DNA of 64,000 bases from Magallana gigas (lineage: Eukaryota), in the NCBI RefSeq assembly GCF_963853765.1, contig NC_088855.1:35712001-35776000 (forward strand), given 5' to 3'. The position numbers and the translations under genes were made by a program. Shown here in pieces: positions 1 through 12,100 of this stretch (position 1 is the stretch's first letter; every line of letters begins with the position of its first letter). Under the pieces are notes generated by a model. The model ran no database searches. It had not been told where the DNA came from and was given only the letters and a program-made list of their open reading frames with translations.

Positions 1-41
1 ACCGAAGCTAATCCATTGCAGTTTTTACTCCTTTTTCAGCG

Positions 42-3000
42 ATGGAGAGAGATATATTTGCGTCTCCAATTGAACCTCTTTTTAATCATGAATTTGCAAT
101 GGAAACGGAAATTTTACAAGATTGGCTGATAAATTTGGCGAAGAAAAATACTTTGTTTATCAACCAAGCACATTCAAAACAGGTATGTTGATTTAAAAAA
201 TACACAGCTGACAGCTTTTCATTAGGCCTAGTGGGGAGCTGTCGAATGGATCCTAAAGAGCTGTGGACTGTTAGACCAGTTCAATTCTGGCGTCAGATGT
301 AGCTCAGTTGATAGAGCATCAGCTGACAGTGACTTACCAAATACAGCAAAACACAAGGTTGAATGTTTCAGAGTATCAAAAATCTTAGCTGTGTAATTTG
401 AATTGGTCTTGATACGTACTCTACTATAAACTGAAGTCCAGCACAAGGATCAGAACACAAAATTTGGCCATTTTCATATTGTTTTTTACATTCAGAGTTC
501 TACTGTATTTGTTACATGTACATGTACATGTAGACCTGGTATTTAGATGATACTTAAGATCAATCGAGTTCTGATTTTATTGCTGTACAAGAGATTTATG
601 CTTATTAAGTTAATATTAACACTGAATGTCCAAATTATGCTACTTTGAATTTTTTAAGGGATTGTTTAAGCAACTAAATGCTGTGGAAACCATTATGTAT
701 GCAGCTGAAAAGCTGAAGATAGCCCTGGAGGCAAAATATCTGGCCATTGAGCTTTTTGACAGGTAAGCAAGAATAGTAATAACTTTGTATAAATTATACA
801 GAAATATAATTATGGAAAATCCTTGTCTGTAGTATATCTTCTCACCCAATATTTTGGGTGAAAATATTAAAATTAAATATGCTGTGGGTGAGTCCAATCT
901 GGCTCACCCACAGAGTGCCATTGGTCAAAGGGTGGTCAAAGGGTGGTCAAAGGGTGTGCAGTGACATTGAATGAAGTTTGAAGGTTAAGGGTCAAGGTCA
1001 TATTGGATCGTGCAAAAATTCTTTTTTTCAGAGCATATATACTTTCCACTTGGCCCTATTTGGTTCATACTTTACATAAACAGAGCTTTTGAGTAAAGGG
1101 TGTGCAGTGATCTTGAACCAAGTTTCAAGGTCAAATGTGAAGGTCAGAGCAGAACTATAAGAAAAATCCTTGTCTGGAGCATATCTTTTCTCCTTTTCAG
1201 GGGCTTTGGTATAATCTAGTCCATACTTCAGTCACAGAGTACACATGATCAAAGGTTGTGCAGTGACCTTGAATGTTGTTGTAGGTCAAGTGTCAAGGTC
1301 ATATTGGATCACGCTACATTCTTTTTTTAGAGCATATATATTGCTCTTCACTTGGCCCTATTTGGCTCCTTCTAACATTAACAGAGTTTGGGGGTTAAGG
1401 GTGTGCAGTGACTTTATGAAGGTCATAGCAAATCTTTTTAAAATCAGTTTTAGACCTTAGATTTTTTCCCATTTGCTTAATCTTAATTCCTCAGGTTGAA
1501 CAAAAATATACCTGTATGTAAGGGGTAATGAGACTGGATTAAAAGTTTTATGCCAGCTGGAAAATTTATAAGTTATAGTTTAAGGTCAAAGCAAAATTCT
1601 CTGAAATGCTTTTCATTCTAATGTCCATTATTGGGGTATTAAAGTGGGGCCCTTTGAGATGGTCACCATTTCCGTGTTGTCTAATTACGGGATCCTTACA
1701 TTTTAAAATTATGTATTGATTATTTTAAAAGTTTTCGGGGTTTATGAAAAAATGATCAATCATAATTTTCATTGATAAATACCCTTAGTAATAGAATAGC
1801 ATTATAAGTTAAAACTAATGATGGTTTATGGAGTTTTCTTTTTTTTACATCAAATATACCGGAACATGTTACTGGTAAATATCAGGGTTTTTTCAGGTTT
1901 TTGTACAATCACATTCGGGATTTGCGGGATCATGTCTTAAAATTACCAAAGAAAAAGCAAATGAAAGAATGGCAAAAGATCCAGGAAGGGGTGTCAAACC
2001 AAGTTCTGCTTCGTATTGTGTCCTGCTGCCAGATAGCCAGTAAATTAACATCACACTATAAGGTACGATTTCTGACAGAGATATACCAGGTGTATGAGAT
2101 GAAGTATGTGTGGTAGTATATAAAACTCATTTTTGACTTATAAAATTTTAATTTTTATTGCTGAAGTATTATATGTGTAAGCCTATTGAAAGAGCATGTA
2201 CTTTGAAGTTTGAACGTAATAATGTATGATATGACAATATAAATACAAGGAGATTCATGGTAAAAGAGGAAGCTTAAGCATTTGATATTTCAATGCATTG
2301 CAATCTGTACATTGCATTTGTACATTGTGTACAATATTTTTTCATTGCGGTCATTGCCTATCAGGCGTTTTTGTTTCAGGTAGTCTCCATCAACAGAGCC
2401 AAACGATTTCTCAGAGACTGTGGTTACCGTTATGCATCAGAAAGTCTTCTTCAATCAGAGCTAAGAGTGCTGAAGACTCTGAAATTTCAAGTAACAGAAC
2501 CAACACCTATTGTTTATATAGAAACTATGCTCGAAATATTAGGTAATCTAACTGTATTATTCATTCAGATTGGTTTTGATCTATACATTGAAATAGAATG
2601 GATTTCAAAATTATGATGAAATGAGTTTATACAAATTGGCATTTCAGTGGTCAAATGATCAAATTATTTATTTAATTAAAAGATATACTTTGCTAAATCG
2701 ACAATAAATATATACTGTCTTTTATTTAAAAAAAAAACTTAACATAAACTTAATTGAGCTGTCACAATTGAGCAGACTCTAGAGGTCATTCAGTTATCCT
2801 GCTTATCTATAAGGAATAAATCACATGAAACTATTGGTAAATATTTCCATTGTATGAAAAATCCTTGTCCAGGCCATGTATTCTCTTCCCTTGTCCAAAT
2901 CTTGCTCGATCATACACCCACAGAGCACTTTTGGTACAAGAATGTACAGTGACCTTGAATGGAGTTTCTAGGTAAAATCTGATCTAAAAAAAACCCTTAA

Positions 3001-4136
3001 TATTGTATTCTCTTTCCTTTGCCCTACCTGGTTTACATTAATAGCTAGTGGTTGTGTGAAAAGGGTATGCATTACCTTAAACCATGTTTCTATGTCAGAT
3101 GTGAAGGTTGTAGCTAATCTGTTTTAAATCAGTTTTTTAAAATTATTAGGGTCCCACTCTGCAAGTGCCCTATAGTGATCAGTCTGTCCATCTGTTTGTC
3201 CATCTTTCCATCAATCTGTCCATCCAAGATTGCTTGTCCAGAGCATATCTTCTCTCCCCTTGGCCCAGTCTGGCTCATATGTCACCCACAGAGTGCCTTT
3301 GGGTAAAGGGTGTGCAGTGACCTTGAACTATGTTTCTAGGTCTAAGGTTAAATTCATAGCAGAATTATAAATAAAATCCATGTCTGGAGCATATCTTTTC
3401 TCCCTTTGCTCAAATCTGGCTCATACTTCACCATATGGTGCCTTTGATCAAAGAGTATGCAGTGACTTTGAATGATGTTTGTAGATCATATCAGATCAAA
3501 TAATAAACCTTTTTTAAGAGCATATATATACTCTCCACTTAGTCCTTTTTAGCTAATTCTTTACTTAAACAGAGCTCTTTGGTTAATGTGAATCAAGTCA
3601 ATGTAAAGGTCATATCAGATCTCTCTATAATCAGTTTTAGACCATAGATTATTTCCCATTTGGTTAATCTGTTCAGATTGAACAAAAATGCCTGTATGTA
3701 AGGGGTAATGAGATTGTATTAGAAATTCTATGCCAGCTGGAATATTTCAAAGTTATAGGTCAAGGTGAAAGCAAAATTCTCTGAAATTATTTTCATCCTA
3801 TTGTCCACTATGTAAGCGGGGACCTTTGAGATGGTCACCATCTCAATGTAGTCTAGTTTCTTATACCGGTACATTGGTCCAGCCTTAATCAGACCTTACC
3901 ACATAACTGCCTGTATGTAATGGTGTGCAGTGACCTTGAATGTATTGATTCTATATTTTAGGTTGCAATAACACGGAAGCAGAAGTGAAAACCTATTACT
4001 ATGTTGCAACCAAGCTATTAGACTTGCTGTACTTGAAGTACCATGCTTTTTACAAGATTTTGTCTGAAGTTACTTGTTCATCAAGTATACAATCAACAGA
4101 GCACAAGTAATAACTAAATATGGGCCCTTGACCCTT

Positions 4137-4180
<44 letters not shown>

Positions 4181-5916
4181 AAAAAAATTATTGATATCAG
4201 AGGGACAGGAGGTGGGGTTTTTTTTACTGGAACAAGGTGGGTTTTTTTTAATGGAACTTCTTGATTTGTAGAAAGAAAATATGATTTATTTTTACCAGCA
4301 ACATTAGTTTTAAGCCATTTACTTTATGTGAATCAGTACATTATTATTCTTCTAGAAAAAAGTTTCAAAAAGTGAAAGCAGACCAACTTTTGCTCGGAGC
4401 ATCTATAATAGGTGGTGCAGTTTTCATGGTACAACATGACAAAGCTGATGAGGTATTATTTGTTTACATTTACATGTATGTACAAGATAGTCAGTGTAGC
4501 TTAATTTTGATACTAACTCATTCTGTTTAATACTGTAATATAAAATAAAACAGACACAAGATATATCATTTTCATTGAATACTTATATTGTGCCATCTTC
4601 GCTAGCCAATGGTTTCTGATCCCCAACGCTCCTCACAATCTTGTTCTTGAGGAGCAGTGCGGATCAGAAACCCTTGGCTAGCAAAAATGGTGTTGGTGCA
4701 AGTTGTGGCATTTATTTTTCACAATTGCATTTTCTATGTTCATGTATATTACATGTAAGCATATGCAAGGAATATCCATAAAAGCTGAGCCAACATAATA
4801 CAGTTGAACTTTGATATCTTGATATTTAGAATTTACCATTGATATGTCTAAGTGAGTAAAATTTGAAGTCCCAATGACTTTTTTTTATGTATTTAATTTA
4901 AACTCATTATTTTGGATCTTAAAAAGTAGTCATCATTTATTAATACAATTAAGAAGTAGTCTGACAGTTACAGTCTGGTATATCAATCAGAGTCTGGACT
5001 GGCAAGATTTAGAGATAAAACTAGATCGTTCTCCTTGCGAGCAACGAGTGGGTCTTCCGTCCGATTTTTGAATAAATGAGATAAAATCCTTCACTTTTAA
5101 GACTAAATTATTAATCAACGCAAAAAAATAAGGAAAAAACATTTCGGCACCCGAAGCTTGAACCTAGGTCGCCTGGGCACATGTCCACGACTCTAACGAC
5201 CGAGCTACTCAGACTCTCGCTTCAGGACTTTGATGCTTAATATCTCGGGAACACATCAATCGATATCAAAACAAATTACATATTCTGAATCAGTAAAAGA
5301 GTCTCTATCAACCCATTAGAAAAATATATTAAAAGCAAAAAGTTGAAAAAATCGATTTTTTATCTTTCCTTCCGGTGACGACCGGAAGTGACGACAGACG
5401 TTTTTATGACCATGTTGCAACAGGTAAAATTGATGTCTATCTTCACTGAAAATTTCAGCCCTATATCTTTATTCGTTTTTTGGATCTCTAGCCGACAAAA
5501 TTGACTTTTAAAAATCGTAAACGGACGATAACTTCCGACCGGAAGTGATTATCAAAAAATTGAAACGGTGGTACAAACTTCAGATGCCAACACATTAACC
5601 CTTAAAATTTGAAGAAAATCGAATGAGCCCTCTTCGAGAAATCGCCTGCACAGAATTTGTAAGACAAAAAAAGAATAAAAATACCCGGTAATAATAAGAA
5701 AAGTGAAAAAGAAACAATAGAATAATAGTAGGGTCTTCCGCTGAAGACGGAAGACCCTAAATATGTTTACAAATTCCAACAAAGATGCATGAAATAATAG
5801 TTTTCAATGTTGCAATTTTGTAGATGATTGAAGAGCTGAGCAGGATCACAAGAATTTCTCAGAATGACATCATAGACTTCACCTCTGTTTTAATTCAATT
5901 GGTAGAAGAGGAGTAA
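42..5916 (+). CDS. CNTD1: Cyclin N-terminal domain-containing protein 1 (meiotic crossover maturation factor, COSA-1/CNTD1 family), 7 coding exons
   Basis: Exons joined by hand at GT-AG sites, all in frame: 42-182, 659-762, 1897-2062, 2380-2542, 3962-4106, 4356-4452, 5824-5916 (TAA). Peptides LLRIVSCCQIASKLTSHYK, SESLLQSELRVLKTLKFQVTEPTPIVYIETMLEILG and KFQKVKADQLLLGASII match vertebrate CNTD1 as recalled (LRLVSCVQLASKL, ELLESELDVLKSLNF..PTPLAYVETLLEVLG, KFTSVKEDFMLLAVGII). Confidence 0.93.
813..1700 (+). mobile_element. Non-autonomous Helentron/HINE-like element with ~145-160 bp satellite-like central repeats (CNTD1 intron 2)
   Basis: GTGTGCAGTGAC(C)TTGAA-like motif recurs at about 955, 1101, 1258 and 1401. 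The ~250-bp tail (1440-1685) recurs at 3628-3857. Boundaries are approximate. Confidence 0.7.
2855..3857 (+). mobile_element. Second copy or copies of the same satellite-carrying HINE-like family (CNTD1 intron 4)
   Basis: Left-end-like sequence TTATTAGGGTCCCAC at ~3143 is followed by a (GTCCAT/CTGT)-type microsatellite and the same repeat units (3311, 3455). The element ends ...GATGGTCACCATCTCAATGTAGTCTAGTT. A partial unit block lies at 2855-3130. Confidence 0.7.
4139..4177. repeat. (CT)n microsatellite
   Basis: Direct reading. Confidence 0.95.
4593..4690. repeat. ~100-bp imperfect hairpin (palindromic mini-element)
   Basis: GCTAGCCAATGGTTTCTGATCC..GCTCCTCA pairs with TGAGGAGC..GGATCAGAAACCCTTGGCTAGC. 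Confidence 0.75.
5020..5760 (-). mobile_element. Non-autonomous Helentron (HINE) in CNTD1 intron 6
   Basis: Read on the minus strand: 5' palindrome TAGGGTCTTCCGTCTTCAGCGGAAGACCCTA (5730-5760), 3' sub-terminal IR GACGGAAGACCC (5050-5061), a short stem-loop (5026-5045) and terminal CTAG (5021-5024), in T-rich flanks. This is the canonical HINE layout. Confidence 0.8.
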
Positions 5917-6275
5917 ATGCTGTGGTACTTGCATATATAAGGCCATAAAAAAACTCAAGCATAGTGCTTTTCTTGGGTCCCTAATGAGCACTTGTTAAAG
6001 CTTTGTTACTTTGCATTGGGTATGTATGCCATAACACCATTCCACTTTTTTTATACTGGAAAATTATCATACTACAAGTATACACTCTGTATGTGATAAA
6101 TAATATCGTGTACATTCTACTCATATATATTTTGTGGAAAGTATCATATTTATTTTGTTTAAGCATGCAAGACATGCCATATCTCTGTCTGTGATATTTT
6201 TGAGATAAATGTGATAGTTTACATGTATACCTGTATTTTATAGTTTCTGTAATTGCTAAAAGTTCATTGTACATT

Positions 6276-6800
6276 TTAGCTCAACTGAGCTGAAAGCTCA
6301 TCTAAGCTTTTCTGATCAATTTTGTCAAGTGACTATCTGAAAACGTTAAATTTTCAATAATGTGTTAAAAAAAGATTCAATAATGTGTTGAAAAAAAAGG
6401 ACCAGTCCTCTTTCAAAGGGAAGATATAATCATTTTTATAAAAATTAAATCAACTATATATGGTACTTATAGGGTGTAGTGTATTTTAGAAATCATTCGT
6501 AATATCAAAATTTTTACATGACTTTCCTGATAGATTTAATTCTGTTCAAATCCTACCAAATGGGTCTGACATTAAAGTGGTTGAAAATTTATCACAGAAA
6601 TAAATATAACTTTTTAATTCTTCTAAAGAATAAGGGCTGAATTTTTTTTAATTATTTAGAAGCAAGCTATTGTACAGTATTTTAAACAGACAGCAAAAGG
6701 AATCTTTTAAATCATTTTAAAAAGAATCTAGTACATGTATGAGGATGTTTCACATACCGGTATGTATATTAGAATTAACACTTAGTGTCAAAGTTAGAGC
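6276..6800 (+). mobile_element. Degenerate HINE-like element
   Basis: Left end TTTTAGCTCAACTGAGCTGAAAGCTCA...AGCTTTTCTGATCA, the same motif as at 31452. The right boundary is uncertain. Confidence 0.6.
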
Positions 6801-9114
6801 TATAATTATAATTTTAGAGGGTGGGATCAACTTTACATAAAAATTACACATATAGGAGAAAATTATCTGGGTGAAAATAGTATTGTAAAATCAAGCTGTT
6901 CTTTTTAATATTTAAACTTTACCTGCCTCCTTCACTATTTCCAATTTCCATATAGTCCCCTGTACAATGCGTCGATATAAACTCTATATCTCAATGTATA
7001 GGGTATCTATAGGGGGATCAGAATTCCTTGACAATGAAGTGTCTCTGATGCCCTTGTATTTATGAGTGGTTTTGAACTACCAAAATGGTTAAATATTAAA
7101 ATGAGAATTTCTTCAATAGTCTCTCTCTCTGTTAGACCAATGTTTTTTCTTGCCAAATCAATTGGAAGAAGTGCGCTGGGGTCATTCTCACCCTCTTTGT
7201 TACATCCTGTATATGATCAATTAATTTATCTAAAATTAGGCCTTCAAATATATATATTTTAAAAATAAATTTGAAGAAGTTGCTTTTTTAGTGTTTTTCT
7301 GCAAAGTTATATTTAATGTGTACAGTGTTGCTCAATACTCAACCGATCATTTAAGCCATGTGCACGGTTATAACATTTGAAGTACTGATATTAATTAATA
7401 GGCTTCTCTAGTAGAAAAATACAATTTTGAAAATCTTTAAATATTGTTATATCTGTTGAGTCAATAACATATTTCATAGCTACGAAAAAATGAACAAAAT
7501 AACAAAATTCTGTGTAACAGAGTTGTGTCCCTTTATTAAGACCAGTCTTTAAAATTCTATATCATTAGATGTATGTTTGATAACATGAATCCTTTGCTGC
7601 ACATAAAAGCACTTCCAGTATATAATTTATATCTCTTTGATATTCACTAAATAAATACCCTGGGACCAATCCTGTTAAGGCTGTTTTGCCATTACCACAA
7701 ATTTCATCTTTATTTATGGTTACATTGAAATTAATGTCAAAATGGGCTTGGTCCCTGTGAATACTACCTGTGATTGTATTAAAGAAAAACAAAATTAAAA
7801 TTCAAGATGTTTATTTTTATATGCATATGGCAAATGTACATGTATCAATAAGGTAATTCTTATAATAAATCATTTTAAATATCCATATGATACATTAAAA
7901 AAAAAAACAATTGTATAACACAGTATCAAATACATTTGTACAAACAAGTAGTTTTTATAGTAATATTTATTGGGCATTGCAAAATATTTCTGTGGTTATT
8001 AAATTAAACCCCATAGACCTTTTATTTTTAGCCGTGTATCGATACCCGACAAGCTAGAGGGGGCTTTCAAAGGGGAAATCTTGAGATTTTTTCATACTAT
8101 TGAATGAACATCATCTGAACCAAGAGGTATTTATAAATATCGAATAATTCCAGGAAATATGCGGCAAAAATATCTTGGGACAGACTATAGTGGGCATATA
8201 ATTGATACAAATGCAGCAAATAATACATAGTTTGTCTGGGACTCGTTCATGTTGCTACTGTAAATTGTAATATTAATGAATACATAATGATATGTAACAA
8301 GTAAACCAAAAACACATCAGTACAAGTACAATTTACTTGCAAATCACACACAATGAATCTTGAATTCAAATCAAGTTAGAAGATAAAAATTCATACTCAA
8401 ACTGAATCGTAGTCAACATTATATTATATCAAGTATTATGACCACATTTAAATCTTGCACAACGATATTTACAAATTTAACAGAATAAAATATTACACAC
8501 ATAGTCATGTAATTTAATAAAGATAAAATAAATAGATGAATTTTTATAAATATATTTCATTATGTGAATGGAAATGCCATTTTCTCTTTATCACATGTAC
8601 AGGCTGTGTGTACTAGCAAGGAACGTTAACTTCACATTTAATAAGCACTTATTTACCAGGTGCAGGCCTATCTGGGATTACTCCCCTGACAAAGATTTGC
8701 AAAACATTAATAAAGCTTAGATTTGACTAGCCCATAAATAAATCATGAAAAAAAAATTCTGATGAAAAAGCTTTTGAAGATTAATACTAGAAAGGCCATA
8801 AAAATATGCAAAAGGAAACGAGGAATAATAAACTACAAGGACAATAGACTCTTAAAATTCAAGTTTTAAAAGTCACAAAATACTGAATAAACACAATCTT
8901 TTGATTCACACAGAATTATATAACTCCAGGATGTTTTCACTCTGAAAAATGATTAATACAAATTAATTAGAAAACACTTGCTGACCAAAACCAAAAAGTT
9001 AAAGAATAGGACATAAAATGTTCTTCACTTCTTTAGTACATGTATATTGATATTAATGACTGCATATAAGAGATCATCTTAATTCCAGTTGATTGATTAA
9101 AATATTGTTTTTCC

Positions 9115-12100
9115 TTACCACTGTCCATTAACATCCATCTCTTCCACTGATGATGTCTGTCTTCCAGCCTCCAACATCTGTTCTACGATTCTCCATAGAC
9201 AAGAGTCCTTAGGAAAGTCATTGTCTACTAGATTCACCAAGTAATAACTGTCAAAAATGTGGTCAATTATCTTCCTGGACTGGGATCCCTCAGGGTAGAG
9301 ATTACCCCAGGGATGTTTCCACAGCTCAAAGGCTTCATCCTATAGATTAAAATTACAGATCTAGAAATTTGTAAACATTTCATATATAACTGAAATCATA
9401 TGCACAGTCATTATGAGTCTATACTCATCTGTTTAGCTAATCTTAAAAAGAAGCAGCTAACATGCTTCAATATTACTGATTATTTACCTTCCAGGTCTTG
9501 AAAGCTATTGGATCTACAACTGTGGGTTGTATGATTTCCTTCCCCGGGAAAACTCCCCATGTGACTGCAATTGGAGTAGTGAGATCACAGTTTGTATCTT
9601 CTTCACCCTACAAATGAGAAAAAAAAATTATGACCTCTCTCTTTTTAAAAGAAAGATTCCCTTTTAACACAATAAATACATGTACTACAATAGGAGATAA
9701 TTCCATTTATTCACTTACATTTTTATTCACAATGTGGTAGTTCACTTGAGGATAATTCTTTAGAATTTTTTTCAAGGCAATGCCATTTTCCTTTGTGGTG
9801 AAGAATTCCAGATAAGCCTGCCATAAAAAAAGGAAATTCACATGCATTTCAAAAATTGACAATTTGAACAATTGAATGTATAAAATAAAATATATAAGTA
9901 GTCTAGAAACAAATTCTTACCTTCTGGTAGATATAGCCATTGGGTGACCCCCATCCCACCTTGCTGTCAGAAGATGGAGCCCCATTGACGTTTGGCTGCG
10001 AGTTGATTGTTAGCACTCCTCGTTTGTTGATGGCTTCTAATTGCTCCTTAATCAAATTAGTTTCTGGAGACAACTCTTCGTCATTCCAAGGCATAGAGCA
10101 AACCTTAAACAACATAAAATCAGATGAACAAAAAAATAGTGAAATCTCTGAAAAGAAATTGCCGATAAACATATCCAAGAGGAATATGACAAGTTTAAGA
10201 AAATCATTATATGACTTAAAATGTAAACAATTTCTTCTAATCTTGTGTGATTTTGACTTGGTTCCACAAATGCACTTAAACAAGTCTTCAATTGTCAGAA
10301 GACTTTCATTTGTAATACCTTGACTTCCTTTGTGTTAGGACAACCAGATATGTAGCAGTGAAACACATCCCACACATCTTGTTCCGAGTTCAGTTCCTCT
10401 CCCCACATCTTGAGGAGGTCCTCTTTTGGAGTCTTGTGTTTCAAGTAAAATAAGTAGTAGTCTGTGAGATCACCAAACGAAGCTGCTGAGGAATTACCCC
10501 ATCGGCCATTTGGAAATTCGTCCCAGTTTGATGTTCTGTGAATGTAACTCTTTGGTCGGGATCTCCAAAAGATTGGTCTCACATCCTCTTTACACCGCAC
10601 ATAATTTGCTGTCTGTTTCCATGGCAAAGGTTTGCAGGGTTCTTCAACCCACATACCAAGTCTTCTGAGAATTTCAATGGTGGCCACTTCCCTGTTCAGT
10701 GTGTAAAAGTGAACACCATGTACATCTTCATGTTTCAGGAGTTCTCGACACATTTGGAAACATTGTTCCACACCAAAGTTTCTGATTGCTTCATCATTGT
10801 CTTTAATGGGTTCGATGGTATCTAGAATCTCCTTTGGAACTTCTAACCGGGACAACTTTACTATGTGTCTGAGTGACTGGTAAGCCTAATAACACATCAA
10901 CAATATGATAAATAAAAAGATTCCGAAACAATTTCTTTTTCAGACTTGACCTACATGTACTGATATCTTATGTAGATAATGTATACATGGTATTTTCAGC
11001 CCTTGTGCAATTAACACTTAAATAAGATTTGGCCCAATATTGAATTACGTGTTACATTTTTATATTAAAAGGGCCTTTGCCATTATAAATGTTTCTCACT
11101 TGTAGTAATGGAAAACAGATAAGAAATAATGAAATGAGGGTAAAATTTTTCTATGTACTGGACCAAAATGAAAAATTCCTTGAAAAATTGAGTGGTAAAA
11201 ATCTAAGAAAAAAATCCAATTTGGTTTATTACCTGAATGGGCAGAACACCAGGTATAATTGGACATGTGATTCCTATTTCTCTGCAATCACGCAAGAATT
11301 GGAAAAAAGTCTCAGGTTTGAAAAATAACTGTGTAATTATAAAATCGGCACCAGCATCCACTTTCTCCTTCAGATGTCGTAAATCATCTCCATATGATGT
11401 ACTCTCTGGATGACCGGTAGGATATCCTGGATAAAAATGTTAGCATGAAAGAAAACATTGCTTTACAAGTTGTATCAGTAATACTCATTATTAGTAATAT
11501 ACTAGTATAGTAATGAGTATATTATCTGATAATCCCTCGATAATTGATCTTTATCTGCATGTGAATCCAACTTAAGCCATAAAAAATTTAAGAATTTCTT
11601 GAATAGCTTAAACAATCTAACCTTGTCTGTCACATTTAATTACCTACCTTGCATTTACTTTTGAAAAAAAAAAAATAGAGAGAAAGAAATTATTTTGTCA
11701 AAGGCAAACGAACTTGCTTACCAGCTACACAGATGGTGAAATGGTCTCCATGCTCTCTTCTGATCACTTTGACCAGGTCTGTGGCATAATTTAGACCTTC
11801 CTCCTGCTTTTTCCAAGTGTCTCCACCATCTGGAGGGTCTACAAATTTCATTTTTTATACCAATCATGCATGAGCAAAATTAAGTGTTATTAAAATAATA
11901 CTCCTTTCATCAAATTCCATGCTACTCATACAGCCTCCATTAATGATCTTTTAATATTTGTCATCTTGCTCTGACTTATATTCACCTCCTCTCAGGGCCA
12001 ACAGGTTCTTGAGGCCAATGTCCTTTGCCTTTTGAAGGTTCCTTTTTAACCCATCCTCGTCCTGATTGCTACAAGTGATGTGAAGCATGGTCTCCACCCC

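Noticed and set aside
7565-7792. Minus-strand ORF containing GNGKT, a possible P-loop
   Set aside because: It lacks the first Gly of GxxxxGKT, and there are no supporting motifs or splice context.
9940-10825. Antisense ORFs over MTHFR exons (also 22608-23114, 23457-24101, 33551-33826, 20650-20886)
   Set aside because: They are shadows of real coding exons on the opposite strand with no independent features.
11300-11335. Suspected frameshift in the MTHFR exon around QLFFKPE
   Set aside because: On recounting the T-run the frame is intact ([12 protein letters not shown]).
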